Positions 52,645 through 61,564 of a stretch of DNA of 64,000 bases are shown here, piece by piece. Both the position numbers and the translations under genes were made by a program. The notes under the pieces were generated by a model. It had not been told where the DNA came from. It searched no databases and worked only from the letters and a program-made list of their open reading frames with translations. This stretch comes from Hyalangium versicolor (GTDB lineage Bacteria > Myxococcota > Myxococcia > Myxococcales > Myxococcaceae): assembly GCF_020103695.1 (NCBI RefSeq), contig NZ_JAHXBF010000014.1, forward strand, positions 108,297 to 172,296, given 5' to 3'. Within the stretch, counting starts at the first letter, position 1; each line of letters opens with the position of its first letter.

Positions 52645-53271
52645 ATGTCATCAATGAAATCGTGGGCTTACGCGAGCCTCTGGGCACTCGCCGTGCTGGC
52701 TGGGTGCTCGGGGGACAAGGCCGGAAAACGGCCTGCGACGGAGGCCGAACCGATCGGAAACCAGCCCACCGCGCGCGAGTCGATCCGGCCGCCGCGGGAC
52801 AAGAACGAGAAGGTGAAGGAGCTGGATCTCAACCGGGACTACAAGCCGGATGTGTGGCTGTACACGGTGGAGGACAAGGGTCCGGACGGGCAGCCGCGCG
52901 AGCGCAAGGTGCGCAAGGAGATCGACTTCAACGGGGACGGCCGGGTGGACATCACCCAGTACTTCAACGAGCGCGAGGAGAAGGTCCGCGAGACGATGGA
53001 CCAGGACTTCGACGGCAAGGTGGACTCGACGCTGCTGTACGAGAAGGGCGTGAACGTGCGCACCGAGCGGGACGTGGACGGCAACGGCCGCACGGACGTG
53101 TGGCTCTACTACGAGAAGGGAAAGCTGGCCCGCAAGGAGCGCGACACGAACGGCGACGGCAAGGTGGACAACTGGGAGTACTGGGAGAACGGCCAGGTGG
53201 ATCGGATTGGCGATGACCTGGACAGCGACGGGAACGTGGATCGCTGGACGAAGAACCCCAACGCTCAGTAG
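52645..53271 (+). CDS. lipoprotein with five tandem EF-hand-like DxDGDG calcium-binding repeats
   Basis: Lipobox LAVLAGC|SG. Five repeats ~23-27 aa apart: DFNGDGRVD, DQDFDGKVD, DVDGNGRTD, DTNGDGKVD and DLDSDGNVD, each followed by a W/Y-x-Y-x-E aromatic patch. The start could be 52654. Confidence 0.6.
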   Translation: MSSMKSWAYASLWALAVLAGCSGDKAGKRPATEAEPIGNQPTARESIRPPRDKNEKVKELDLNRDYKPDVWLYTVEDKGPDGQPRERKVRKEIDFNGDGRVDITQYFNEREEKVRETMDQDFDGKVDSTLLYEKGVNVRTERDVDGNGRTDVWLYYEKGKLARKERDTNGDGKVDNWEYWENGQVDRIGDDLDSDGNVDRWTKNPNAQ

Positions 53272-53328
53272 GTCGCGAGGGCCCTCCCCCACTCCGAACA
53301 ACGGGAGGGCCTGCGCACCGGGCTGTGG

Positions 53329-53691
53329 CTACGGCTTGCTGGTGCCGACGCGGCCGTACGAATCCTCGAGCCGGACGACGTCATCGAGCTCGGGGGTGCT
53401 GACCTCGAGGATGTCGCAGTCGGTGAGGGCGACCATGCGGTGCTTCATGAGCGGCTTGATGTGGTAGCTGTCTCCGGGATTCATCTCCTTCTCGATGAGC
53501 CCCTGGCCCTCGTCGACGACGAAGAGCAGCTTGCCGCTCTGGACGTGGATCGTCTCGTCCTTCTTGTTGTGGTACTGCAAGCTGAGCTTGTGCCCCTGCT
53601 TCACGTGCAGGAGCTTGCCTACGTAGCGCTCGGTGTGAGCCCAGATCAGCTCATGGCCCCAGGGCTTCTCCACCCGCCTCGTCGCTGTCAT
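53329..53691 (-). CDS. cupin-domain protein
   Basis: 120 aa, single RmlC-like cupin barrel (G(X)5HXH-like region QYHNKKDETIHVQSG...PGDSYHIKP). Confidence 0.6.
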   Translation of the reverse strand: MTATRRVEKPWGHELIWAHTERYVGKLLHVKQGHKLSLQYHNKKDETIHVQSGKLLFVVDEGQGLIEKEMNPGDSYHIKPLMKHRMVALTDCDILEVSTPELDDVVRLEDSYGRVGTSKP

Positions 53692-53718
53692 GTCGCTTCT
53701 CGTTCTTCCTGTCCCGCT

Positions 53719-54669
53719 CTAGTTCGCTCCGGCCACGAACGCATCGAGCTGGGTTTCACGCTTGAAGTCCGCCAGGTACCGCGTTGCAGCATCCTTGGAA
53801 GGAAAGCTGCCCATGCGGACACGGTACCATGTGCCCTTGTGGGGCACCTCGGCGGCGACGATATAGGGGGCATAGCCCCTGTCGCGCAACCGGGCGGCGA
53901 AGCGATCAGCCTCCGCCTTGGTCTGGAAGGCGGAGAGCTGGAGCGTGAAAGCGCCTCCAGGAGCGGCCTCCGCGGGACGCTGCGTGGCCCGGGCAATGGC
54001 CTCCTTCAGGCCCCCGCTCGGCGGCGGAGTGGTCGTCCGGGTGGGAACGGACTCCTCGGCCGCCGGACCGGGAGCAGGCTTGGAAGCGGCGGCGGCGGCG
54101 GCGGTGGGAGCAGGCTTCTCGGCGGGAGCGGGCTTCTCAGCGGCGGCAGGGGCCGCGGGCTGCGGGCGCTTCACCGCGGCGAGCGCGGCGAGCTCTTCAT
54201 CCGCGGGGTTGAGAGCAATCTCGGAGTTGCCGGCGGGCTTGTCCGCGGGCTTCTCGGCAGCGGGAGCAGGCTTCGGGGCTGGAGGCGTGGGAGCGGCGGC
54301 CGTGGCCGTAGGCTTCGCCGCCGGAGCAGCGGCGGGAGCAGCGGCCGCTGCGGCGGGCTTCGGCGCGGGAGCCTTTGCGGGCTTGGGCTCGGGCTCAGCG
54401 GGCGTGGCGGACTTGCGGGTCAGCTCGTCCTGGAACGTGAGCGGAGGCTCCTTCTGGACCTCCTGGAGCGCCTGGGCATTGGCGTCGAGCGCCGAGAGCA
54501 GGTCGGGCGCCTCGGAGGCCTGGGCGTTGCCAGCGAGCTTCTTGCCCACGACGACGCCGAGCACGAAGACGGCACCCATCACGACGATCCCGGCGATCAA
54601 CAGGCTGACGATCTGCCGGTTGTCGAGGGAGACGTCGAACTTCTCCTTCATCCGATGAGTATCCCGCAT
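53719..54669 (-). CDS. SPOR-domain membrane protein with a Pro/Ala-rich linker
   Basis: Start ATG 54669 (MRDTHRMKEK...). TM helix (IVSLLIAGIVVMGAVFVLGVVVG), a long (A/P/K)-rich low-complexity linker, and a C-terminal SPOR fold (FTLQLSAFQTKAEADRFAARLRDRGYAPYIV...YRVRMGSFPSKDAA). Confidence 0.7.
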   Translation of the reverse strand: MRDTHRMKEKFDVSLDNRQIVSLLIAGIVVMGAVFVLGVVVGKKLAGNAQASEAPDLLSALDANAQALQEVQKEPPLTFQDELTRKSATPAEPEPKPAKAPAPKPAAAAAAPAAAPAAKPTATAAAPTPPAPKPAPAAEKPADKPAGNSEIALNPADEELAALAAVKRPQPAAPAAAEKPAPAEKPAPTAAAAAASKPAPGPAAEESVPTRTTTPPPSGGLKEAIARATQRPAEAAPGGAFTLQLSAFQTKAEADRFAARLRDRGYAPYIVAAEVPHKGTWYRVRMGSFPSKDAATRYLADFKRETQLDAFVAGAN

Positions 54670-54769
54670 GGTCGTGGCGTTCCTCGTGCGCTGGCGATCG
54701 GCCGGGCTGATCCCGTGTTGCGGCCTGTAGCGCCAACGGTTCGGAAGGTACGCTCCACCTCCGGGTCGG

Positions 54770-55168
54770 TCAAATTCGCGGAGCCTCCCCACCCGTTACG
54801 CCCGGGTGCGTATTGAGCGCCGAGGCCCCCATCACGGAGGTGGAAGGCAAACGGAGGGGGAGGCGCGAGACAGGCTCTGGAGCTGGAAGGGCGCGGTTGA
54901 TGCGCTCACGCAGTTCCTTGCCGGCGGCGAACGACACGGCGAACCTGCGCGAAAGCGCCACGGGAGCCCCCGTCTTGGGGTTGCGGCCGATCCGGGCGGG
55001 GCGAGCCTTGAGACAGAAGCAGCCGAACCCGCGCAGCTCGATGCGCTCTCCAGCCTTCAGGGCCTGGGTCATCTGTTCGAAGATGGCGTTGACGACCGCC
55101 TCGATCTGCCGAGGATGGAGCTGAGGCGCCTTCTGCGCGATGCGTTCGACGAGCTGGCTCTTGGTCAT
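54770..55168 (-). CDS. ihfB: integration host factor beta subunit (HU/IHF family) with a C-terminal extension
   Basis: MTKSQLVERIAQ...GERIELRGFGCFCLKARPARIGRNPKTGAPV matches IHF-beta. About 35 extra C-terminal residues relative to the E. coli protein. Confidence 0.8.
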   Translation of the reverse strand: MTKSQLVERIAQKAPQLHPRQIEAVVNAIFEQMTQALKAGERIELRGFGCFCLKARPARIGRNPKTGAPVALSRRFAVSFAAGKELRERINRALPAPEPVSRLPLRLPSTSVMGASALNTHPGVTGGEAPRI

Positions 55169-55220
55169 GTTCCCCCACTCTACAAACCCGGGGTGACACG
55201 ACTCCGCGCCCCACGGCGGA

Positions 55221-55991
55221 TCAGCGCAGGCGCAGATCCATGGGGCCCTCGATCTTCAGGGCGTTGCCCGCGGCCGTGTGGATCATCACCTCGGCGTCAT
55301 CGGGGAGGATGAGGCGCACGGTGCGCCCGAGCGGAATCTGTCGGTCCTCGAGCAGCACCGCGGTGGTGAGATCATCTGTCTCGGCGACCGCGAAGCCGTC
55401 GGTCACCTCGACCGTGATCCCGTCATCTCCGAGCGGCCCCGCATGGATGTACGGGACCTTGGGGCGAAAGGGAGGCGCGGGCAGCGGCTTGGAGGGGCCG
55501 TCGGGCCGGGGACCCGAGGTGAGCTTCTCCATGCCGTTGGGAGTGAAGAAGGCCTTGAAGTAGTCGCTCGTGGTGAGTTGGGTGTTGGCCTTGGGCGGGG
55601 TGATCTCGACGTTGGTGTAGCGCGCCGCCACGAGCCGCTGCGCGGGAGGGATTTCCTGGAAGATGCCCTCGGTCCACCGCCGGGTGGGGAGGTTGGACCC
55701 GAGCAGCTTCGCCTCATCCGCATCGCCCACGTCGAGCTCGTCCCCGTTGTCGAGGAAGCGCAAGCCCCCGCCGAAGAACTCGAGGAGCGCGGGGCCCGTG
55801 GCGAGGATGTGCTCATCCGCGCGGAGGTGCGAGCCCACGGGGATGGGGCGCTTGTCCTTGCCGACGACACGCAGCACAGGGGCCCCCGCGGCGTGCAGTC
55901 CCGCGATGGGCTTGTCCGATGGCTTCTTGCAACCTCCGGCGAGTGCGAGCACCGCGATCACGAGAAGGACGGGTCGACGCGCCATGCTCAC
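55221..55991 (-). CDS. hypothetical lipoprotein
   Basis: Signal peptide plus Cys (LLVIAVLALAGGC|KK). No recognisable domain. It starts 12 nt after the mnmA stop. Confidence 0.5.
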   Translation of the reverse strand: MSMARRPVLLVIAVLALAGGCKKPSDKPIAGLHAAGAPVLRVVGKDKRPIPVGSHLRADEHILATGPALLEFFGGGLRFLDNGDELDVGDADEAKLLGSNLPTRRWTEGIFQEIPPAQRLVAARYTNVEITPPKANTQLTTSDYFKAFFTPNGMEKLTSGPRPDGPSKPLPAPPFRPKVPYIHAGPLGDDGITVEVTDGFAVAETDDLTTAVLLEDRQIPLGRTVRLILPDDAEVMIHTAAGNALKIEGPMDLRLR

Positions 55992-56002
55992 CTCCTGCCG
56001 GA

Positions 56003-57049
56003 TCAGACGATCCAGCCTCCGCCGAGCACGCGGTCTCGATCGTAGACCACGGCGGCCTGGCCGGGAGTGACGGCGCGAGCCGGCTCATCGAGCTTCACGG
56101 AGACCAACCCGTGAGGAGAGATCTCCACGCGACCCGGAGCGCCCGCGTGACGGTGGCGGATGCGGACCTCGACGGTCTGCTCCGGCGGCGGAGGCGCATC
56201 TACCCAGTGCGGCTGGAGCAACCCGAACGAGTCCCTCCCGGAGGCGGCAGCGGAGCCGACGACGACACGGTGGGTCTCGGGCTCAATGCGCTGGACGTAA
56301 CGGGCCTCCCCTCCTCCGAGGTTCAGGCCGCGGCGCTGGCCGACGGTGAACCGGTGGATCCCATTGTGGCTGCCGAGCACCTGGCCCTCGGTGTCGACGA
56401 TCTCTCCAGCAGGCTGCGGCCCAGCCACTTTCTCCACGAAGCCTGCGTAGTCACCATCCGGCACGAAGCAGATCTCCATGCTCTCGGGCTTGTGGCTGGT
56501 GGGCAGGGAGTGGCGCTCGGCGACGGCGCGGACCTCGGCCTTGGTCATGTCACCGACGGGGAAGAGGACGTCGGACAGCTCGTTCTGGCCAAGCGTGAAG
56601 AGGAAGTAGCTCTGGTCCTTGGCGAGATCACGCGCTCGGCGGAGTACGAAGCGCTCGCCCTGCTGCTCCACCTGGGCGTAATGGCCGGTGGCCAATCGGG
56701 CGCCAAGCGCACGTGCACGCTTGAGGAGGAAGTTGAACTTCACGTCCCGGTTGCAGCCCACGCAGGGGATGGGGGTGCGGCCACCGAGGTAGGACTGAAC
56801 AAAGGGGTTGATGACGCGGTCCTTGAAGATCTCCTCGGCGTTGGCAACGTAGAAGGGAATGCCGAGTGTCTGGGCGACGGCGCGCGCGTCATCGATATCA
56901 TCGGGACTGCAGCAACTGCCGCACTGGGCCTTGCCCTCATAGGACCAGACCCGCAGGGTGATGCCGATCACCTCGTGACCCTGCTCCTTGAGGAGCGCGG
57001 CGGCGGCCGAGGAGTCCACTCCACCGCTCATGGCAACGACGACTCGCAT
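56003..57049 (-). CDS. mnmA: tRNA-specific 2-thiouridylase
   Basis: PP-loop ([12 protein letters not shown]), catalytic Cys pair and conserved domains. The ATG at 57049 was verified. Confidence 0.9.
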   Translation of the reverse strand: MRVVVAMSGGVDSSAAAALLKEQGHEVIGITLRVWSYEGKAQCGSCCSPDDIDDARAVAQTLGIPFYVANAEEIFKDRVINPFVQSYLGGRTPIPCVGCNRDVKFNFLLKRARALGARLATGHYAQVEQQGERFVLRRARDLAKDQSYFLFTLGQNELSDVLFPVGDMTKAEVRAVAERHSLPTSHKPESMEICFVPDGDYAGFVEKVAGPQPAGEIVDTEGQVLGSHNGIHRFTVGQRRGLNLGGGEARYVQRIEPETHRVVVGSAAASGRDSFGLLQPHWVDAPPPPEQTVEVRIRHRHAGAPGRVEISPHGLVSVKLDEPARAVTPGQAAVVYDRDRVLGGGWIV

Positions 57050-57223
57050 GACGTCCTTCCTACACACCGGCCCATCCGGTTGCGAGGCTTCGACGAGAGC
57101 CTCGAAGGCTTCCAGACAGAGCGCACACCCGCACCTCTCTGAAGAGAGGGCTGGAAAGAGGGTTTAGCGCCACTGTGCTCCTCCGGGAAGAGGAGAACAC
57201 GGATCCTCGGGGCCAGGGTGGGC

Positions 57224-58492
57224 TCAGCGGCCCTTCCCTGCCTGCCAGGAACGCAGCAGTTCCTTCAACCTCTCGGATTGGTTGAGGGAGGGATCGTCGA
57301 GTACGGACTCGAGGAGATACCGGGTGGCCTCTCCGACCACCTTCGAGGGCCCGACACCCAGCGTGGCCATGATGTCCCCGCCCGTGAGCGCGAGTTCCTT
57401 GGCACTGAGCGGAGGCCTCGCAGCGGCCAGGGTCCGAAGCCGCTCCTGGAGCCGCAGGAAGTCGGGGAGCCGTTCCGGTGCACGCACCTGGATACGGGCG
57501 TGGGCGACCGAGAGCAGGGGCTCGACATACTCGAGCCCTAGCCGGGCGAGCAGGCGCCGGAGCGCGGGAGCGGAGTCTGCTGTGCGCTTCTCCAGGGCAG
57601 CGTGCTCCACGAGGAGCCCCACCGTATCGGCGACCTTGTTGGGGAACTTCAGCCGGATGCCGATGTCACGAGCTTGAGGACCAGTGACGAGATCGGCCAG
57701 TAGTGCGGCGAGCCGGAGTTCCACCTCTGCGGGAGCCACATGGGCTGCGGCACGGGCCTGACGTGCGGCATCGGCATCCGCTCGCGCCAACTCGGGGAGG
57801 AAGACCTCCAGGAGTCCCGTCTCCGAGAGCAGCACGAGACCGGACTCAGCGCGTGGGGAGAGGAGCAGCTTGACGAACTCCTCGCGGACACGCTCGAGGG
57901 CGACCTTGCGGAACACGGGGAGCGTGGGAGGAATGGCGGCTCGGGTGGCGGGCTCGAGCGTGAAGCCGAGCACGGCAGCAAAGCGCACGGCCCGCATGGG
58001 ACGCAGACCGTCCTCGGAGAAGCGCTCGTGGGGGTCGCGGACACACCGGATGACGTGGGCCTGGAGATCCGCCTGTCCGCCGAACGGGTCGACGAGCTCC
58101 TTGCTGAGGGGATCGTAGGCCATCGCATTGATGGTGAAGTCGCGGCGCGAGAGATCCTCGGTGATGTCGCTCTCGAACTTGACGGAGCTGGGGCGGCGGC
58201 CGTCGTGATAGTCGCCCTCGCTGCGGAAGGTGGTGACCTCCACGTGGGTGCCACCACTGAGGACGGTGACGGTGCCGTGCTGGATGCCGGTGGGAATGAC
58301 CTTCTTGAACGCGCCCTGGACCTCGTGAGGGTGCGCGCTGGTGGTCACATCGAAGTCCTTGGGAGGGACGCCTCGGACCATGTCGCGGACGCAGCCGCCG
58401 ACGAGGAAGACGGCGAAGCCCAGCTCGCGGAGACGGCGGAGGACATCAAGGACCGGGCGCGGGATGTCCGCGTTGTGGAGATTCGCGAGCAT
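57224..58492 (-). CDS. cca: CCA-adding tRNA nucleotidyltransferase (head-domain GG...D.D type)
   Basis: FLVGGCVRDMVRGVPPKDFDVTT polymerase-beta-type head, RRDFTINAMAY motif, and a C-terminal tRNA-binding region. Confidence 0.8.
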   Translation of the reverse strand: MLANLHNADIPRPVLDVLRRLRELGFAVFLVGGCVRDMVRGVPPKDFDVTTSAHPHEVQGAFKKVIPTGIQHGTVTVLSGGTHVEVTTFRSEGDYHDGRRPSSVKFESDITEDLSRRDFTINAMAYDPLSKELVDPFGGQADLQAHVIRCVRDPHERFSEDGLRPMRAVRFAAVLGFTLEPATRAAIPPTLPVFRKVALERVREEFVKLLLSPRAESGLVLLSETGLLEVFLPELARADADAARQARAAAHVAPAEVELRLAALLADLVTGPQARDIGIRLKFPNKVADTVGLLVEHAALEKRTADSAPALRRLLARLGLEYVEPLLSVAHARIQVRAPERLPDFLRLQERLRTLAAARPPLSAKELALTGGDIMATLGVGPSKVVGEATRYLLESVLDDPSLNQSERLKELLRSWQAGKGR

Positions 58493-58518
58493 CAGTCACG
58501 CCGCAGGAGAAAACGAAG

Positions 58519-58592
58519 TGACCCCGACAGGAATCGAACCTGTGGCCTGCGGTTTAGGAAACCGCCGCTCTATCCAACTGAGCTACGGGGCC
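58519..58592 (-). tRNA. tRNA-Arg (anticodon CCT), no genomically encoded CCA end
   Basis: A manual fold of the reverse complement gives a 7 bp acceptor stem (GGCCCCG/CGGGGUC, one G-U pair), a D-arm (GCUCAGUUGGAUAGAGC), an anticodon stem GCGGU/ACCGC with loop UUCCUAA, a T-arm (ACAGG-UUCGAUU-CCUGU) and discriminator A. The 3' end is followed by AAG, not CCA. Confidence 0.85.
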
Positions 58593-58722
58593 AGATGACG
58601 GGCGGTTTATAGCAGGTCGACCGATCGGCGCAACGAAAGCCAGATCTCCACAACCGAGCCCTGTCCGCTACCACGGGGCTCTGGCATGTCAGCGTCTCGG
58701 AGACAACGTTCTACTCCTCGGG

Positions 58723-60090
58723 TCACTGCTGGCTGGACTCCGCCGTGACTCCCGCATCACTCCCCAGCCGCCGCTTGAGTGCGTCCAAACCCTTGCCCCC
58801 CGTCTCGCGGACTCTGTCCAGCAGGCCGTCGGCCTCGTGCGAAACCTTCTCGGGAGTGATCTCCCCAACACCCTGGCGCACCCGGTCCATCCAGACAATG
58901 GGGGCGTAGATCTGCTTCGCCTTCTCCGGCCCTAGCACGGTGACAAGGATGTTCTCTACCCCACCCGCCCGCGCGATCAGCGCCTGCCCCAGAATCACCG
59001 CTGCACGTTGTTGCTGTAACACGGGCAGCGAATCCCCGTGCCGACGCATCTCCTCGGCGCTGGCTCGCATCTCCTCGCGCTCCTTCTCGCCGAGGTAGGA
59101 ACTGCCCGCCAGCTTGTCGAGGTACTTCGCCGACTCTTCATAACGCTCGCGCCGGAAGTGGATGAAGGCCCAGCCCCACCACGTCAACTCGTTCTCCACT
59201 CCCAGCTTCTCCAGCGAACTCAGGCCCCTCTCGATGTCCTCCTCGGCGGCACGCTCCCGCTTGAGCCCCATGCGGTTCCAGGCCCGCAGGAAGTAGCCCG
59301 CGGCGAGCAGCGTCTCTCGCGACTGCTCTCGGGTGGCCCCTCGGACCGCGGGAAAATCTTCCGCCGGAATCGCCTCCGCCTCGGAGAGAAAGGCATTCAG
59401 CTCCTCCTCGGCCGCGTAGTGATACCCCGCCTCGCAGAATGACAAGCCCCGGTTGGCTCGGACGGCCACGCGCAGCACGGGCGACCATGAGGGCTGGGGC
59501 GTCGCACGCGACAGCTCGTAGAACACCAGCTCCGAGGCGGGCAGCCGGTTGCCCCGGTCGGCGCTGTCCAGCACGATCCAGATGCTTGCCATGAGGGCGT
59601 GTTCCTGTCCTGCGTCGTAACCCGGCAACAGTGGCGACTGATTCGGCATCCACTTCGACCAGATCAGGGGGAACTCGTCCTCGTCGCGCTTCTGCAGCGT
59701 CTTGCGCGCCTTGTAGAACGCGATGCCCAGGTCGAGGTAGCTCTGGGCCGCACGCCGGGTCTCCTCATCCGTCAGTGGCTTCTCGGGCAGCGCACGCGTC
59801 TCGGCCAGTGCCTTCCAGAGCAGCGCGATCTCTTCCGGCGCGTTCGGTTCACCCTGCGCCCGTATCGTCAGCTTGAGGGCACGGTAGGGCACGAGCGTCA
59901 CGGAGTCTCGAATGCGCTTCTCGATCTCTGCCCGCTCCTTCGCAGCTCGTTCGGCGTCCGAGGCTCGGCAGCCCCCGCACGCACTGAGGAACACGAGCAC
60001 GAGCGCGGCGACGCGGGTCCGCACACGGTGCGGGGAGGAGCATGGGCGCAGCAAGCCCTGATCAGACGACATCTCGGTAGGTGTCCTCAT
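58723..60090 (-). CDS. hypothetical lipoprotein (helical, possibly TPR-like)
   Basis: Signal peptide plus lipobox (VAALVLVFLSAC|GGC), probably starting at an internal Met near 60072. The rest is a helical repeat-like sequence with no catalytic motif. Confidence 0.5.
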   Translation of the reverse strand: MRTPTEMSSDQGLLRPCSSPHRVRTRVAALVLVFLSACGGCRASDAERAAKERAEIEKRIRDSVTLVPYRALKLTIRAQGEPNAPEEIALLWKALAETRALPEKPLTDEETRRAAQSYLDLGIAFYKARKTLQKRDEDEFPLIWSKWMPNQSPLLPGYDAGQEHALMASIWIVLDSADRGNRLPASELVFYELSRATPQPSWSPVLRVAVRANRGLSFCEAGYHYAAEEELNAFLSEAEAIPAEDFPAVRGATREQSRETLLAAGYFLRAWNRMGLKRERAAEEDIERGLSSLEKLGVENELTWWGWAFIHFRRERYEESAKYLDKLAGSSYLGEKEREEMRASAEEMRRHGDSLPVLQQQRAAVILGQALIARAGGVENILVTVLGPEKAKQIYAPIVWMDRVRQGVGEITPEKVSHEADGLLDRVRETGGKGLDALKRRLGSDAGVTAESSQQ

Positions 60091-60175
60091 CGGGTTCTCC
60101 CCAGCAGGCTACCTCACCTTCGAGTGATTCAATGCCTGCCTGCTCCAGTGGTGGAGCATCCGCAGGGGGGACAGC

Positions 60176-61564
60176 ATGAGCATGAGAATCGGGGGTTCTT
60201 CCTTCTCCAGGCCGGCCGAGGTTCGCTCGGAGCCACAGAAGGTGCAGCAAAAGGCCGAGCAGCCCCAGCCTTCTTCTTCCTTCCAGAACGGCGCCTCGAG
60301 CTTCGAGTCTGGACGCCGCGCCCCCGTGGCGCTGAACGTTCCACCCCCTCCCCCACCCGTGCAGACTCCGCAGGCCAGCTCCCTGCGCACCGAGCGCCTG
60401 GGAGACGGACGAAGCAACTGTCTGGAGAAGGCCGCCACCCTGGCCCGGCCCGGCGACAGTGTGGTGCTCTTCAGCGACAAGCGCGACAGCGTGGGCCACG
60501 CGGTGGTGCAGCACCCGGACGGCTCGGTGACGGATCCCAACCGCCCCACGCAGAACTACTCGAGCATGCAGGCATGGCAGCAGGCCAATCCGCAGTACCA
60601 GTCACCCGTCTCGGTGCCGCAGGAGACGCTGTCACGTGTGCTCTCACTGCCTCCCGGAGCCCAGCGCGATCAGGCCCTGAAGGAGGCAGGATTGAGCGCC
60701 GTGGCGGGCCGCAACGTGGCCGATGGGCCCGCCCCCGGGACGCTGGGCGAGCTGGGCTACCTCACCGTTACCGTCTCCGGCGGCCTCAACATCCGCTCCA
60801 ACCCCCAGGTGTCTGATCAGACATGGTTGGGCAAAATCCCTGCCGGTACCGTGCTGGTCGTCCAGCCTCCTCCGCCGGGCGTGACTCCCCCAGACGACGG
60901 GAAGAACTGGACCTATGTCCGAAGCCCTCCGCTGCAACCCAACGGTCAGCCCATCGAAGGCTGGGTCAGCGCCGATGCTCAATACGTCGAGAAGAAGGGC
61001 CCTCCCTCTCCCAGCACCACAGGCACCACGCCATCCACAGGCAACACCACCCCCGTGACCACTCCGACCCCGGTCACCTCCGTGCCCGTGACGGCAGGCA
61101 CTCCCGCGGAGACCGCCGCAGCCATGTTCACGGAGGCCCAGGGCCGTCTCAATACCGAAGCCCCCCCAGACACCACGTGGGACTACAGGTGCCTGCCGTT
61201 CGTCTCCGACGTCGCGCAGGCCACCGGCATCAAGGATCCGGCGCTCACCTACTCCCAGACTCCCAAGGACGTGATCGCCACCCTGCAGAGCGAGGGCAGG
61301 CTCCATCCCATGAGCGAACCGCCTCCCCCAGGCGCCATCGTCCTCTGGGACAAGGGAGGGTACCCAGACACCAACGGTAACTACGTCCAGACTGGCCATG
61401 CAGCCATTGCCACTGGCGATCCCTCCAAGCCCTACATCACCACGAAGGTCTCGGACGAGAGCGGAGTGACCCAGCGCGGCATCAACTCGCTCGAGGCGGA
61501 TGCCCAAGGCAACTGGTCTCCGACTCCTCCCGTGGGCTGGTTCATCCCCGAGAACCCGAGCTGA
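60176..61564 (+). CDS. SH3b-domain protein with a C-terminal CHAP/NlpC-P60-like Cys-His peptidase/amidase domain (putative peptidoglycan hydrolase); no N-terminal signal peptide
   Basis: Central bacterial SH3-like segment (GYLTVTVSGGLNIRSNPQVSDQTWLGKIPAGTVLVV). C-terminal Cys ... GAIVLWDKGG ... GHAAIATGD spacing matches CHAP/NlpC-P60. A shorter N-terminal Cys/His pair (NCLEKA...GDSVVLF...GHAVVQ). Ser/Thr/Pro-rich linkers. The first ~60 aa are polar and disordered-looking. Confidence 0.55.
   Translation: MSMRIGGSSFSRPAEVRSEPQKVQQKAEQPQPSSSFQNGASSFESGRRAPVALNVPPPPPPVQTPQASSLRTERLGDGRSNCLEKAATLARPGDSVVLFSDKRDSVGHAVVQHPDGSVTDPNRPTQNYSSMQAWQQANPQYQSPVSVPQETLSRVLSLPPGAQRDQALKEAGLSAVAGRNVADGPAPGTLGELGYLTVTVSGGLNIRSNPQVSDQTWLGKIPAGTVLVVQPPPPGVTPPDDGKNWTYVRSPPLQPNGQPIEGWVSADAQYVEKKGPPSPSTTGTTPSTGNTTPVTTPTPVTSVPVTAGTPAETAAAMFTEAQGRLNTEAPPDTTWDYRCLPFVSDVAQATGIKDPALTYSQTPKDVIATLQSEGRLHPMSEPPPPGAIVLWDKGGYPDTNGNYVQTGHAAIATGDPSKPYITTKVSDESGVTQRGINSLEADAQGNWSPTPPVGWFIPENPS

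Noticed and set aside
57139-57154. Small perfect hairpin CCTCTC-TGAA-GAGAGG downstream of cca
   Set aside because: It has only a 6 bp stem with no U-tract and is located about 70 nt after the cca stop, just upstream of mnmA. It could be a weak terminator or could be fortuitous, so it is not reported as a feature.
58519-58592. tRNA gene as an integration site of a mobile element or genomic island
   Set aside because: No integrase, recombinase, transposase or direct repeat of the tRNA 3' end was found within the flanking 5 kb. Neighbours are housekeeping genes (cca, mnmA) and lipoproteins with native-like codon usage.
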